Shown: positions 9,301-22,807 of the stretch, piece by piece | Numbering within the stretch: the stretch's first letter is position 1 | Layout of the letters: each line of letters starts with the position of its first letter | Origin: Escherichia coli | GTDB lineage: Bacteria; Pseudomonadota; Gammaproteobacteria; Enterobacterales; Enterobacteriaceae | Length of the DNA stretch: 31,048 bases | Reading direction: 5' to 3' (one strand) | Assembly: GCF_003334385.1 (NCBI RefSeq) | Contig: NZ_QOWN01000054.1 | The notes under the pieces: model-generated | What the model saw: only the letters and a program-made list of their open reading frames with translations | Told to the model about the DNA's origin: nothing | The model's database searches: none | Program-made: the position numbers and the translations under genes

Positions 9301-10365
9301 TTAGCGGTGATACTGTTCAGACAGTCGATGCACTGCCTCCACGAACACGCCAGCATGTTCTGGCGGCACATCCTGATGAATGCCGTGACCAAGGTTAAAG
9401 ACATGACCTTCGCCGTGACCGAAACCTGCAAGTATAGTCGCTACTTCTTCTTCAATGCGGGCAGGCGGCGCGTACAGCATCGACGGATCCATATTACCCT
9501 GCAACGCGACTTTATTGCCCACACGGCGGCGCGCATCGGCGATGTCCGTTGTCCAGTCGAGGCCCAGCGCATCGCAACCGGTTTCTGCCATGGCTTCCAG
9601 CCACTGTCCGCCGCCTTTGGTAAACAGCGTGACCGGTACGCGGCGACCGTCGTTTTCACGCAGTAAACCATCAACAATTTTATGCATGTAATAGAGCGAG
9701 AACTGTTGATAATCGCGCCCGGTAAGCACGCCGCCCCAGGTGTCGAAAATCATCACTGCCTGAGCACCGGCTTTAATCTGCGCATTCAGATACAAAGTGA
9801 CGCTTTTCGCCAGTTTATCGAGCAGAGCGTGCAGCGCCTGCGGATCGGCATACATCATTTTTTTGATCACGGTGAAGGCTTTGCTGCTGCCGCCTTCCAC
9901 CATGTAGGTCGCCAGCGTCCACGGGCTGCCGGAAAAACCAATCAGCGGCACTTCGCCTTTCAGTTCGCGACGAATGGTACGCACCGCGTTCATCACGTAA
10001 CCCAGTTCATCTTCCGGGTCCGGAATTGGCAGTTTATCGACGTCAGCTTTGCAGGTGACTGGCGAGGTAAAACGCGGACCTTCTCCGGCTTCAAAATAGA
10101 GCCCTAACCCCATCGCGTCCGGCACGGTGAGGATATCGGAAAAGAGGATCGCCGCATCCAGCGGGTAGCGACGCAGCGGTTGCAAAGTCACTTCGCACGC
10201 CAGCTCGGCGTTTTTGCACAGCGACATAAAATCGCCTGCCTGGGCGCGCGTGGCTTTATATTCCGGTAGATAGCGACCCGCCTGGCGCATCATCCATACT
10301 GGAGTGACATCAACGGGCTGGCGCAGCAGCGCCCGCAGATAACGATCGTTTTTAAGTTCGGTCAT
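9301..10365 (-). CDS. hemE: uroporphyrinogen decarboxylase
   Basis: 354-aa [39 protein letters not shown]..., recognised as HemE. Confidence 0.97.
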   Translation of the reverse strand: MTELKNDRYLRALLRQPVDVTPVWMMRQAGRYLPEYKATRAQAGDFMSLCKNAELACEVTLQPLRRYPLDAAILFSDILTVPDAMGLGLYFEAGEGPRFTSPVTCKADVDKLPIPDPEDELGYVMNAVRTIRRELKGEVPLIGFSGSPWTLATYMVEGGSSKAFTVIKKMMYADPQALHALLDKLAKSVTLYLNAQIKAGAQAVMIFDTWGGVLTGRDYQQFSLYYMHKIVDGLLRENDGRRVPVTLFTKGGGQWLEAMAETGCDALGLDWTTDIADARRRVGNKVALQGNMDPSMLYAPPARIEEEVATILAGFGHGEGHVFNLGHGIHQDVPPEHAGVFVEAVHRLSEQYHR

Positions 10366-10404
10366 TTTGGCTGTTCCTTAGTGCGTCAGGCGGTCAGTGT
10401 ATCA

Positions 10405-11178
10405 TCACTCATACTCTGCCCGACACATCGCCACCGTATCTTCTATCAGACGGCGCGCTACGGTGCCGGGCGGCGGGAGTAACGGCAAATCGTCATAGCG
10501 ATACCAGTTCGCCTCGAGCAATTCTTTCGGGTCGATCACGATGTCGCCGCTGTCATATTCCGCCATAAACGCGGTCATTAAAGACTGAGGAAACGGCCAC
10601 GGCTGAGAAGTCACGTAACGCAAGTTTTTAACTTTAATTCCGCTCTCTTCCATCACTTCCCGCGCGACTGCCTGCTCGAGGGTTTCGCCCACTTCGACGA
10701 ATCCGGCAAGTACTGTATGGACACCGTTACGATGGCGGGTATGCTGGGCGAGGAGGATCGAATCATCGCGACGGATGGCAACAATAATGCAGGGGGCGAT
10801 TTGCGGGTAGTAACGCTCACGGCAATGGCTGCACAGCATCGCCCATTCGGTTTTGCTCGGATACATTTCATGCCCGCAGTAACCACAGTATTTATGCGAT
10901 CGGTAAAACTCCGCCAGTTGTACGCCTCGTCCGGCCAGTTGAAACAGCCCAACATCGAGATCAATGACCTGACGTACCGACCCCATATCGTGACGCCGCT
11001 GCTGTTGTACTAACCAAACAGGTTCCCCCTGCCATTCGCCGATTTGTAGTGCGCGCTGACCCACAAGATCGAAATTTGCCGCTTCGCCATATGGCAATTC
11101 TCCCTTCGGCAACCATAATTTTTGTTCATGGCTGACGACCCACCAGCCGTGATCTAATTTTTCAATTATACGATCCAT
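10405..11178 (-). CDS. nudC: NADH pyrophosphatase / RNA NAD-decapping Nudix hydrolase
   Basis: 257-aa ORF with zinc-ribbon cysteines (CGYCG...CSHC) and a Nudix box ([22 protein letters not shown]). Confidence 0.95.
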
Positions 11179-11272
11179 AGCTCTTGCACTACCTTTGCAT
11201 CACTGGCATGTTTAACATGGTTTTTACATTTCTCACTGAGCAGTTTTTGAATACAAACTTGCGGAGTCAATC

Positions 11273-11749
11273 ATGCTTAACCAGCTCGATAACCTGACGG
11301 AGCGCGTCAGAGGAAGTAACAAACTGGTTGATCGCTGGCTACATGTACGTAAGCATCTGCTCGTGGCTTACTACAATCTGGTTGGCATTAAGCCTGGCAA
11401 AGAATCGTACATGAGGCTAAACGAAAAAGCCCTTGATGATTTTTGTCAGAGCCTGGTCGATTACTTGTCTGCCGGACATTTCAGTATTTATGAGCGCATT
11501 CTTCATAAGCTGGAAGGCAACGGGCAACTCGCGCGCGCCGCGAAGATTTGGCCGCAACTCGAAGCCAATACTCAACAGATTATGGATTACTACGATTCCA
11601 GTCTGGAAACCGCCATCGATCATGATAATTACCTTGAGTTTCAACAGGTTTTATCTGACATCGGCGAGGCGCTGGAAGCGCGCTTTGTGCTGGAAGATAA
11701 GCTGATTCTGCTGGTGCTTGACGCCGCCCGCGTCAAACATCCTGCTTGA
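11273..11749 (+). CDS. rsd: regulator of sigma D (anti-sigma70 factor Rsd)
   Basis: 158-aa ORF MLNQLDNLTERVRGSNKLVDRWLHVRKHLLVAYYNL..., divergent from nudC. Confidence 0.95.
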   Translation: MLNQLDNLTERVRGSNKLVDRWLHVRKHLLVAYYNLVGIKPGKESYMRLNEKALDDFCQSLVDYLSAGHFSIYERILHKLEGNGQLARAAKIWPQLEANTQQIMDYYDSSLETAIDHDNYLEFQQVLSDIGEALEARFVLEDKLILLVLDAARVKHPA

Positions 11750-11805
11750 GTTCTGCGCTGTTAACGCGTAATTTACATTCAATGCCCCATTTGCGGGGCT
11801 AATTT

Positions 11806-11890
11806 CTTGTCGGAGTGCCTTAACTGGCTGAGACCGTTTATTCGGGATCCGCGGAACCTGATCAGGCTAATACCTGCGAAGGGAACAAGA
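11806..11890 (+). promoter_or_regulatory. TPP riboswitch (THI element) aptamer in the thiC leader
   Basis: CTTGTCGGAGTGCC...CTGAGA...GGAACCTGATCAGGCTAATACCTGCGAAGGGAACAAG carries the conserved THI-box motifs with P1 closed by CTTGT/ACAAG; the expression platform continues to the thiC ATG at 11982. Confidence 0.85.
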
Positions 11891-11978
11891 GTTAATCTGC
11901 TATCGCATCGCCCCTGCGGCGATCGTCTCTTGCTTCATCCGTCGTCTGACAAGCCACGTCCTTAACTTTTTGGAATGA

Positions 11979-13876
<1,898 letters not shown>

Positions 13877-13877
<1 letters not shown>

Positions 13878-14512
13878 TGTATCAGCCTGATTTTCCTCCT
13901 GTACCTTTTCGTTCAGGACTGTACCCGGTGGTGGACAGCGTACAGTGGATCGAACGTCTGTTGGATGCAGGCGTACGTACTCTCCAGCTACGCATCAAAG
14001 ATCGGCGCGATGAAGAGGTGGAAGCCGATGTCGTGGCGGCAATTGCGCTGGGCCGCCGCTATAACGCGCGATTGTTTATCAACGATTACTGGCGGCTGGC
14101 GATCAAGCATCAGGCGTATGGCGTCCATTTGGGGCAGGAAGATTTGCAAGCCACCGATCTCAATGCCATCCGCGCGGCAGGCCTGCGGCTGGGCGTTTCG
14201 ACACATGACGATATGGAAATCGACGTCGCGCTGGCAGCACGCCCCTCTTATATCGCGCTGGGACATGTGTTCCCGACGCAAACCAAACAGATGCCTTCTG
14301 CACCGCAGGGGCTGGAACAGCTGGCACGGCATGTTGAGCGACTGGCGGATTATCCCACCGTGGCGATTGGCGGTATCAGTCTGGCACGCGCGCCTGCGGT
14401 GATAGCAACGGGTGTCGGCAGTATCGCCGTCGTCAGCGCCATTACTCAAGCCGCAGACTGGCGTTTGGCAACGGCACAGTTGCTGGAAATTGCAGGAGTT
14501 GGCGATGAATGA
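13877..14512 (+). CDS. thiE: thiamine-phosphate synthase
   Basis: ORF track starts at GTG 13874; I prefer ATG 13877 ([11 protein letters not shown]..., 211 aa), overlapping the thiC stop (TGATG). Confidence 0.92.
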
Positions 14513-15260
14513 CCGTGACTTTATGCGTTATAGCCGCCAAATCCTGCTCGACGATATCGCTCTGGACGGGCAGCAAAAACTGCTCGACAGCCAGGTGCTG
14601 ATTATCGGTCTGGGCGGGCTGGGTACACCTGCTGCGCTGTACCTGGCGGGCGCTGGCGTCGGGACGCTGGTACTGGCAGATGACGACGATGTGCATTTAA
14701 GCAATCTGCAACGACAAATCCTCTTTACCACTGAAGATATCGATCGCCCGAAATCGCAGGTCAGCCAACAGCGACTGACACAGTTGAATCCCGACATTCA
14801 ACTGACAGCATTACAACAACGGTTAACGGGTGAGGCGTTAAAAGATGCGGTTGCACGGGCCGATGTGGTGCTCGACTGTACCGACAATATGGCGACTCGC
14901 CAGGAGATTAATGCCGCCTGCGTGGCACTCAACACGCCGCTTATCACCGCCAGCGCGGTCGGATTTGGCGGTCAGTTGATGGTACTGACGCCGCCCTGGG
15001 AGCAGGGGTGTTACCGCTGCCTGTGGCCAGATAACCAGGAGCCAGAACGCAACTGCCGCACGGCGGGCGTGGTTGGCCCGGTGGTCGGGGTTATGGGCAC
15101 TTTGCAGGCACTGGAAGCCATTAAGTTATTAAGCGGTATAGAGACACCTGCGGGAGAACTCCGACTGTTCGACGGTAAATCGAGCCAGTGGCGCAGCCTG
15201 GCGTTGCGCCGCGCCAGTGGTTGCCCGGTATGCGGAGGAAGCAATGCAGATCCTGTTTAA
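14505..15260 (+). CDS. thiF: ThiS adenylyltransferase (E1-like, ThiF/MoeB family)
   Basis: Start taken at [15 protein letters not shown] (251 aa); GxGxxG nucleotide-binding motif (IIGLGGLG); overlaps the thiE 3' end by 8 nt. Confidence 0.92.
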
Positions 15261-15444
15261 CGATCAAGCGATGCAGTGCGCCGCCGGGCAAACTGTTCAC
15301 GAACTACTGGAGCAACTCGACCAACGACAAGCGGGCGCGGCTCTGGCGATTAATCAGCAAATCGTCCCGCGTGAGCAGTGGGCGCAACATATCGTGCAGG
15401 ATGGCGACCAGATCCTGCTTTTTCAGGTTATTGCAGGGGGTTGA
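15244..15444 (+). CDS. thiS: sulfur-carrier protein ThiS
   Basis: 66-aa ORF from [11 protein letters not shown] ending in the diagnostic C-terminal GG; overlaps the thiF 3' end by 17 nt. Confidence 0.9.
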
Positions 15445-15445
15445 A

Positions 15446-16216
15446 ATGTTACGTATTGCGGACAAAACGTTTGATTCACATCTGTTTACCGGCACAGGGA
15501 AATTCGCTTCTTCACAACTGATGGTGGAGGCGATCCGCGCTTCCGGCAGCCAGCTGGTGACACTGGCGATGAAACGTGTCGACTTGCGCCAGCACAACGA
15601 CGCTATCCTCGAACCGCTTATCGCGGCGGGTGTGACCCTGCTGCCAAATACATCCGGGGCGAAAACAGCGGAAGAAGCCATTTTCGCCGCCCATCTGGCT
15701 CGTGAAGCGTTAGGCACAAACTGGTTAAAATTAGAGATTCACCCTGACGCCCGCTGGCTGTTGCCCGATCCCATCGAAACCCTGAAAGCCGCCGAAACGC
15801 TGGTACAACAGGGATTTGTCGTGCTGCCTTACTGCGGGGCCGATCCGGTATTGTGTAAACGTCTGGAAGAAGTCGGCTGTGCAGCGGTGATGCCGCTCGG
15901 CGCGCCGATTGGCTCGAATCAGGGACTGGAAACCCGCGCCATGCTGGAGATTATTATCCAGCAGGCCACAGTGCCGGTGGTTGTCGATGCTGGCATCGGC
16001 GTTCCCAGCCATGCCGCGCAGGCGCTGGAAATGGGGGCCGACGCGGTGTTAGTGAATACGGCGATTGCCGTCGCGGACGATCCCGTCAACATGGCGAAGG
16101 CATTTCGTCTGGCGGTAGAAGCAGGCCTACTGGCACGTCAGTCCGGACCGGGCAGCCGCAGTTATTTTGCTCATGCCACCAGCCCGCTGACCGGATTTCT
16201 GGAGGCATCGGCATGA
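15446..16216 (+). CDS. thiG: thiazole synthase
   Basis: 256-aa ORF from [20 protein letters not shown]; the ORF-track entry 15188..16216 is an upstream extension in the same frame; the ATG lies 1 nt after the thiS stop. Confidence 0.95.
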   Translation: MLRIADKTFDSHLFTGTGKFASSQLMVEAIRASGSQLVTLAMKRVDLRQHNDAILEPLIAAGVTLLPNTSGAKTAEEAIFAAHLAREALGTNWLKLEIHPDARWLLPDPIETLKAAETLVQQGFVVLPYCGADPVLCKRLEEVGCAAVMPLGAPIGSNQGLETRAMLEIIIQQATVPVVVDAGIGVPSHAAQALEMGADAVLVNTAIAVADDPVNMAKAFRLAVEAGLLARQSGPGSRSYFAHATSPLTGFLEASA

Positions 16217-17346
16217 AAACCTTCAGCGATCGCTGGCGACAACTGGACTGGGACGACATCCGCCTGCGTATCAACGGCAAAACGGCTGCTGACGTAGAGC
16301 GGGCGCTAAATGCCTCGCAACTCACCCGCGACGACATGATGGCGCTGTTATCGCCTGCCGCCAGTGGCTATCTGGAACAACTGGCCCAACGGGCGCAGCG
16401 TCTGACCCGTCAGCGATTTGGCAACACAGTTAGTTTCTACGTCCCGCTTTATCTTTCCAATCTTTGCGCTAACGACTGCACGTACTGTGGATTTTCCATG
16501 AGTAATCGCATCAAGCGCAAAACGCTGGATGAAGCGGATATTGCCAGGGAAAGTGCCGCTATACGGGAGATGGGCTTTGAACATCTGCTGTTAGTCACTG
16601 GTGAACATCAGGCGAAAGTGGGGATGGATTACTTTCGTCGTCATCTCCCTGCCCTTCGTGAACAGTTCTCTTCACTACAGATGGAAGTGCAACCGCTGGC
16701 GGAGACGGAATACGCCGAGTTAAAGCAACTTGGTCTGGATGGCGTGATGGTTTATCAGGAGACATATCACGAGGCGACTTATGCCCGCCATCATCTGAAA
16801 GGCAAAAAACAGGACTTCTTCTGGCGGCTGGAAACGCCGGATCGGCTGGGGCGTGCGGGGATTGATAAGATAGGCCTCGGCGCGCTAATTGGCCTTTCCG
16901 ACAACTGGCGCGTTGACAGCTATATGGTTGCCGAACATTTGCTATGGCTGCAACAGCATTACTGGCAAAGCCGTTACTCTGTCTCCTTTCCGCGCCTGCG
17001 CCCGTGTACTGGCGGCATTGAGCCTGCGTCGATTATGGATGAACGCCAGTTAGTGCAAACCATCTGCGCCTTCCGACTGCTTGCACCGGAGATTGAACTG
17101 TCACTCTCCACGCGGGAATCACCGTGGTTTCGCGATCGCGTTATTCCGCTGGCGATCAATAACGTCAGCGCCTTCTCGAAAACGCAGCCAGGTGGCTATG
17201 CCGATAATCACCCCGAGTTGGAACAGTTCTCACCGCACGACGATCGCAGACCGGAAGCGGTTGCTGCCGCGTTAACCGCTCAGGGTTTGCAGCCGGTATG
17301 GAAAGACTGGGACAGCTATCTGGGACGCGCCTCGCAAAGACTATGA
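16213..17346 (+). CDS. thiH: 2-iminoacetate synthase (tyrosine lyase, radical SAM)
   Basis: 377-aa ORF with [10 protein letters not shown] radical-SAM motif; start overlaps the thiG stop (ATGA). Confidence 0.95.
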   Translation: MKTFSDRWRQLDWDDIRLRINGKTAADVERALNASQLTRDDMMALLSPAASGYLEQLAQRAQRLTRQRFGNTVSFYVPLYLSNLCANDCTYCGFSMSNRIKRKTLDEADIARESAAIREMGFEHLLLVTGEHQAKVGMDYFRRHLPALREQFSSLQMEVQPLAETEYAELKQLGLDGVMVYQETYHEATYARHHLKGKKQDFFWRLETPDRLGRAGIDKIGLGALIGLSDNWRVDSYMVAEHLLWLQQHYWQSRYSVSFPRLRPCTGGIEPASIMDERQLVQTICAFRLLAPEIELSLSTRESPWFRDRVIPLAINNVSAFSKTQPGGYADNHPELEQFSPHDDRRPEAVAAALTAQGLQPVWKDWDSYLGRASQRL

Positions 17347-17594
17347 GACGGAATGTAAGAACGTAAATTTATTCCGAGCCGCTACGGAAGATGAAAAACG
17401 CAAGGTTGTTGAAAGCGTTGTGTTTTTTTATGGTAGTGCCGTCAGCAGGAATGTTGTCCAGGGCGAAAAGCTTCTTCCTCGTTTCGCCCTGCCTTTCTTA
17501 AAAATTCCGTAATGCAAAGTCTGAAGCCATCGCCTGTTGAGCAATGAAAGAGATCTGATTGTAAGAGAGTAAATACTCAACTATGATAGAGACG

Positions 17595-17757
17595 AAAATA
17601 AGAACACATGTTCTCATCTTCCAGGATGCAGCAGACTGAAGAAATTCAGACATCCCGCAACCTGCGATTATCGCAAGGTCAAGGCAAAGTCCGGTAATGG
17701 CGTTCTGAATACCAGAGATAATTCTCTGGCGAAACCCACCTTAAGGTGGGTTTTGTT
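17595..17757 (+). ncRNA. sroH: putative small RNA in the thiH-htrC spacer (consistent with sroH)
   Basis: Sigma70-like promoter TTGTAA-17bp-TATGAT (about 17559-17587) and, about 160 nt downstream, an intrinsic terminator; no ORF of 60 aa or more. Position matches my recollection of sroH; strand and ends are inferred, not verified. Confidence 0.4.
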
Positions 17758-17760
17758 ATT
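17732..17760 (+). terminator. intrinsic terminator (stem AAACCCACC/GGTGGGTTT plus T-tract), preceded by a second hairpin at about 17712-17729
   Basis: Perfect 9-bp GC-rich stem with TTAA loop followed by TTTTGTTATTTT; overlaps the htrC stop codon on the opposite strand. Confidence 0.55.
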
Positions 17761-18295
17761 TTGAGGGCTGAGGAAGCTGCTTATTTCTCAATAAGTTGTA
17801 GGCAATGGTGAAAAATTTCACTGATTTACCTTTCTGTTTTTCAGAAATGGGATAAGCGCTAGTTACATGCAAACGGAGTTTTTTCTTTTCCCTGAAAGCC
17901 CTGAACGCAACAAAGTAAAATGCCTTATCTCCTCCGTCTAAGTCCACCTCAATCACGGCATAGCTACCATACCCGGCATGAATAACGTTGCTTTCTGGCA
18001 GCGCCAAAATAGTTCTTTTTAAGTGTGTGCGCGCTAAGTTATAACGGTGCTGGCAGAAGGGACGAGATTCTTTAGGCGCGTGGTACATTAACGATTGTTT
18101 TTCTTCGTTCGTCTGATGTTCATAATCTTTTGTGAAGCAGTGAAGAGAGTAGGTAACCCAAAAGCGATACTCTAAAGGCTCTTTGCCCTCATGATGCTGA
18201 ACGTAGACAGCCTGATGAGCATCAAGAAATGATAAATCACGAATATCACCATCCGGATGTCCAAAAGGTCGCCACTTTTCCACTTCCTGTTTCAT
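17756..18295 (-). CDS. htrC: HtrC/YjaZ heat-shock-associated protein of poorly defined function
   Basis: 179-aa ORF MKQEVEKWRPFGHPDGDIRDLSFLDAHQAV..., located just downstream of the rpoC terminator. Confidence 0.85.
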   Translation of the reverse strand: MKQEVEKWRPFGHPDGDIRDLSFLDAHQAVYVQHHEGKEPLEYRFWVTYSLHCFTKDYEHQTNEEKQSLMYHAPKESRPFCQHRYNLARTHLKRTILALPESNVIHAGYGSYAVIEVDLDGGDKAFYFVAFRAFREKKKLRLHVTSAYPISEKQKGKSVKFFTIAYNLLRNKQLPQPSK

Positions 18296-18461
18296 TCTCG
18301 TTCCTTAAGAAAGTTACACAGGAATAGTATCGAATCCTTGCCGAGTTTGACTCAATTAGTTCAGTCAGTTTCAGGATATTAGTCATCTCTACATTGATTA
18401 TGAGTATTCAGAAATTCCTTAAATATTCTGACAAATGCTCTTTCCCTAAACTCCCCCCATA

Positions 18462-18487
18462 AAAAAACCCGCCGAAGCGGGTTTTTA
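18462..18487 (-). terminator. rpoC intrinsic terminator
   Basis: Minus strand reads AAACCCGCTTCGGCGGGTTTTTTT: GC stem, GAAG-type loop, T7 tract, about 20 nt after the rpoC stop. Confidence 0.8.
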
Positions 18488-18507
18488 CGTTATTTGCGGA
18501 TTAACGA

Positions 18508-21500
18508 TTACTCGTTATCAGAACCGCCCAGACCTGCGTTCAGCAGTTCTGCCAGGCTGGCAGATGCGTCTTCTGCAGTCACCTGCGGTGCAGCCGGAGC
18601 TTCACCCGCAGCACGGCGACGCATACGATCCTGGTGGTACGCGTAACCGGTACCTGCCGGGATCAGACGACCCACGATAACGTTCTCTTTCAGGCCGCGC
18701 AGTTCGTCGCGTTTGCCCGCAACGGCTGCTTCGGTCAGCACGCGAGTGGTCTCCTGGAACGATGCCGCGGAGATGAAGGACTCGGTTGCCAGAGACGCTT
18801 TGGTGATACCCAGCAGATCGCGGGAGTAAGTTGCACCCACTTTGCCGTTCGCTTCCAGTTCGCGGTTTGCGATCTTGACGCGAGAGTATTCAACCTGTTC
18901 GCCTTCCAGGAAGTCGGAGCTACCCGCGTTAACGATGGTAGCTTTACGCAGCATCTGACGAACGATAACTTCGATGTGTTTATCGTTAATCTTAACGCCC
19001 TGCAGACGGTATACGTCCTGTACTTCGTTAACGATGTAACGAGTAACAGCATGAACACCACGCAGACGCAGAATGTCGTGCGGCGCTTCCGGACCGTCGG
19101 AAATTACGTCACCACGTTCTACACGTTCACCTTCGAACACGTTGAGCTGACGCCATTTCGGAATCATCTCTTCGTACGGATCGCTACCGTCTACCGGGGT
19201 GATAACCAGACGACGTTTACCTTTGGTTTCTTTACCGAAGGAAACGATACCGCTGATTTCAGCCAGGATTGCCGGCTCTTTCGGACGACGTGCTTCGAAC
19301 AGGTCCGCAACGCGCGGCAGACCACCGGTGATGTCCTTGGTACCGCCGGATTCCTGCGGAATACGCGCCAGGGTGTCACCAGAGCTGATCTGTACGCCAT
19401 CTTCCAGCTGAACAATCGCTTTACCCGGCAGGAAGTACTGCGCTGGCATATCGGTACCTGGGATCAGAACGTCGTTACCCTGAGCATCAACGATTTTCAG
19501 TGCCGGACGCAGATCTTTACCACCTGCGGTACGTTCTGCGGAATCCAGAACCACCAGCGAAGACAGACCGGTCAGTTCGTCGGTCTGACGCGTAATGGTC
19601 TGGCCGTCGATCATGTCAGTAAAGCGTACAAAACCGCTTACTTCGGTGATAACCGGCATGGTGTGCGGGTCCCAGTTTGCAACGGTTTCGCCGCCAGCAA
19701 CCTGTTCGCCATCGCCTTTCGCCAGTACCGCACCGTAAGGTACTTTGTAGCTTTCTTTAGTACGACCGAATTCGTCGATCAGTTTCAGTTCAGTATTACG
19801 GGAAGTGATAACCAGTTTACCGCTGGAGTTCACAACCGACTTCACGTTGCTGAGCTTGATGCTACCTTTGTTTTTCACTTGGATGCTGGATTCAGCAGCC
19901 GCACGAGATGCCGCACCACCGATGTGGAACGTACGCATGGTCAGCTGTGTACCCGGTTCACCGATGGACTGTGCCGCGATAACACCGATTGCTTCACCCT
20001 TGTTGATGATGTGGCCACGCGCCAGGTCACGACCGTAGCAGTGCGCACATACACCAAAGTCGGTGTCACAAGATACAACAGAACGTACTTTAACCGCGTC
20101 GACAGAGTTCTCTTCCAGCAGGTCACACCACTGTTCGTGCAGCAGCGTGTTGCGCGGAACGAGGATATCAGCAGTACCCGGCTTCAGAACGTCTTCAGCA
20201 GTTACACGACCCAGTACGCGATCGCGCAGCGGCTCTTTAACGTCACCACCCTCGATAACCGGAGTCATCATGATACCTTCATGGGTACCACAATCGTCTT
20301 CGGTAACCACCAGGTCCTGCGCCACGTCAACCAGACGACGAGTCAGGTAACCGGAGTTCGCAGTTTTCAGTGCGGTATCCGCCAGACCTTTACGAGCACC
20401 GTGGGTGGAGATGAAGTACTGGAGTACGTTCAGACCTTCACGGAAGTTCGCGGTGATTGGCGTTTCGATGATGGAGCCATCCGGCTTCGCCATCAGACCA
20501 CGCATACCAGCAAGCTGACGAATCTGTGCCGCAGAACCACGCGCACCGGAGTCGGCCATCATGTAGATGCTGTTGAAGGAAACCTGCTTCTCTTCCTGAC
20601 CGTCACGGTTAATCACGGTTTCAGTTTGCAGGTTATCCATCATCGCTTTGGATACACGATCGTTCGCCGCAGCCCAGATATCGATAACTTTGTTGTAGCG
20701 TTCGCCCGCAGTTACCAGACCAGACTGGAACTGCTCCTGAATTTCAGCAACTTCTGCTTCTGCCTCGGAGATGATTTCGTGTTTCTTCTCCGGGATGACC
20801 ATGTCATCGATACCAACAGATGCACCAGAACGCGCTGCATAGGCGAAGCCGGTGTACATGATCTGGTCCGCAAAAATAACGGTCGGTTTCAGACCGAGAA
20901 TGCGGTAGCAGGTGTTCAGCATTTTGGAGATTGCTTTTTTACCCAGCGCCTGGTTGACGATGGAGTAAGGCAGACCTTTCGGTACAATCATCCACAGAAT
21001 GGCACGGCCAACAGTCGTGTCTTTCAGGCTGGTTTTCGCTACTAATTCACCGTTAGCATCTTTTTCATACTCGGTGATACGCACTTTAACGCGCGCATGC
21101 AGAGAAGCCAGACCAGAGCGATACAGACGTTCTGCTTCTTTCGGGCCAGTCAGCACCATGCCTTCGCCTTTGGCGTTAACACAGTCACGGGTCATGTAGT
21201 ACAGACCCAGTACAACGTCCTGAGACGGAACGATGATTGGTTCGCCGTTCGCCGGGGACAGGATGTTGTTGGTAGACATCATCAGCGCACGCGCTTCCAG
21301 CTGGGCTTCCAGCGTCAGCGGTACGTGAACAGCCATCTGGTCACCATCGAAGTCGGCGTTATATGCCGCACAAACCAGCGGGTGCAGCTGGATAGCTTTA
21401 CCTTCGATCAGTACCGGTTCAAATGCCTGGATACCCAGACGGTGCAGAGTCGGTGCACGGTTCAGCAGTACCGGGTGTTCGCGGATAACTTCGTCCAGGA

Positions 21501-22731
21501 TATCCCAAACGACAGCTTCTTCGCGCTCAACCATTTTCTTCGCAGCTTTAATGGTGGTAGCAAGACCACGCAGTTCCAGCTTGCCGTAGATGAACGGTTT
21601 GAACAGCTCCAGTGCCATTTTCTTCGGCAGACCGCACTGATGCAGACGCAGGTATGGACCTACGGTGATTACAGAACGACCGGAGTAGTCAACACGCTTA
21701 CCGAGCAGGTTCTGACGGAAACGACCCTGTTTACCTTTGATCATGTCGGCCAAAGATTTCAGAGGACGCTTGTTAGAACCGGTGATCGCACGACCGCGAC
21801 GACCGTTATCCAGCAGGGCGTCTACCGCTTCCTGCAGCATACGTTTTTCGTTACGTACGATGATGTCCGGCGCAGCCAGATCCAGCAGACGTTTCAGACG
21901 GTTGTTACGGTTAATGACGCGACGATACAGATCGTTCAGGTCAGAAGTCGCGAAACGACCACCATCCAGCGGAACCAGCGGACGCAGATCTGGCGGCAGT
22001 ACCGGCAGAACGGTCAGGATCATCCACTCTGGTTTGTTACCAGACTGAACGAACGCTTCCAGCAGTTTGATACGCTTGGTCAGCTTTTTACGCTTGGTTT
22101 CGGAGTTGGTTTCGTTCAGCTCTTCACGCAGCTGTTCGCACTCTTGCTCCAGATCCATGCTCTTCAGCAGAGCCTGGATTGCTTCCGCCCCCATCTTCGC
22201 GTCGAATTCGTCACCGAACTCTTCCAGCGCGTCCAGATACTGCTCTTCAGTCAGGATCTGCTGACGTTCCAGGTTGGTCATACCGCCTTCGATAACCACA
22301 TAGGATTCAAAGTACAGTACGCGTTCGATATCGCGCAGCGGCATATCGAGCAGCAGACCGATACGGGACGGCAGCGATTTCAGGAACCAGATGTGCGCAG
22401 TCGGGGAAGCCAGTTCGATGTGGCCCATACGCTCACGGCGTACTTTAGTCTGGGTCACTTCAACGCCGCACTTCTCACAGATGACGCCACGGTGTTTCAG
22501 GCGCTTGTACTTACCGCACAGGCACTCGTAATCTTTTACCGGCCCAAAGATACGGGCGCAGAAAAGGCCGTCACGTTCTGGTTTGAACGTACGGTAGTTG
22601 ATGGTTTCCGGCTTTTTAACTTCACCGAAAGACCATGAACGGATCATGTCTGGCGAAGCCAGAGCAATTTTGATCGCATCAAACTCTTCGGTTTTAGTCT
22701 GCGCTTTCAGAAACTTTAATAAATCTTTCAC
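18508..22731 (-). CDS. rpoC: DNA-directed RNA polymerase subunit beta'
   Basis: 1407-aa ORF with zinc-binding cysteines and the NADFDGD catalytic motif. Confidence 0.98.
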
Positions 22732-22807
22732 GGATTTGCTCCCGTCGGAGTTAGCACAATCCGCTGCCGGGTTTTAACCCGACAGCAGTGACCTGTTTGA
22801 GCGAGAA

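Noticed and set aside
15188-15445. Upstream extension of thiG (342-aa ORF) and the extended thiS/thiF starts
   Set aside because: The extensions overlap the 3' ends of the preceding genes; internal ATGs give proteins of the expected family lengths with coupled starts.
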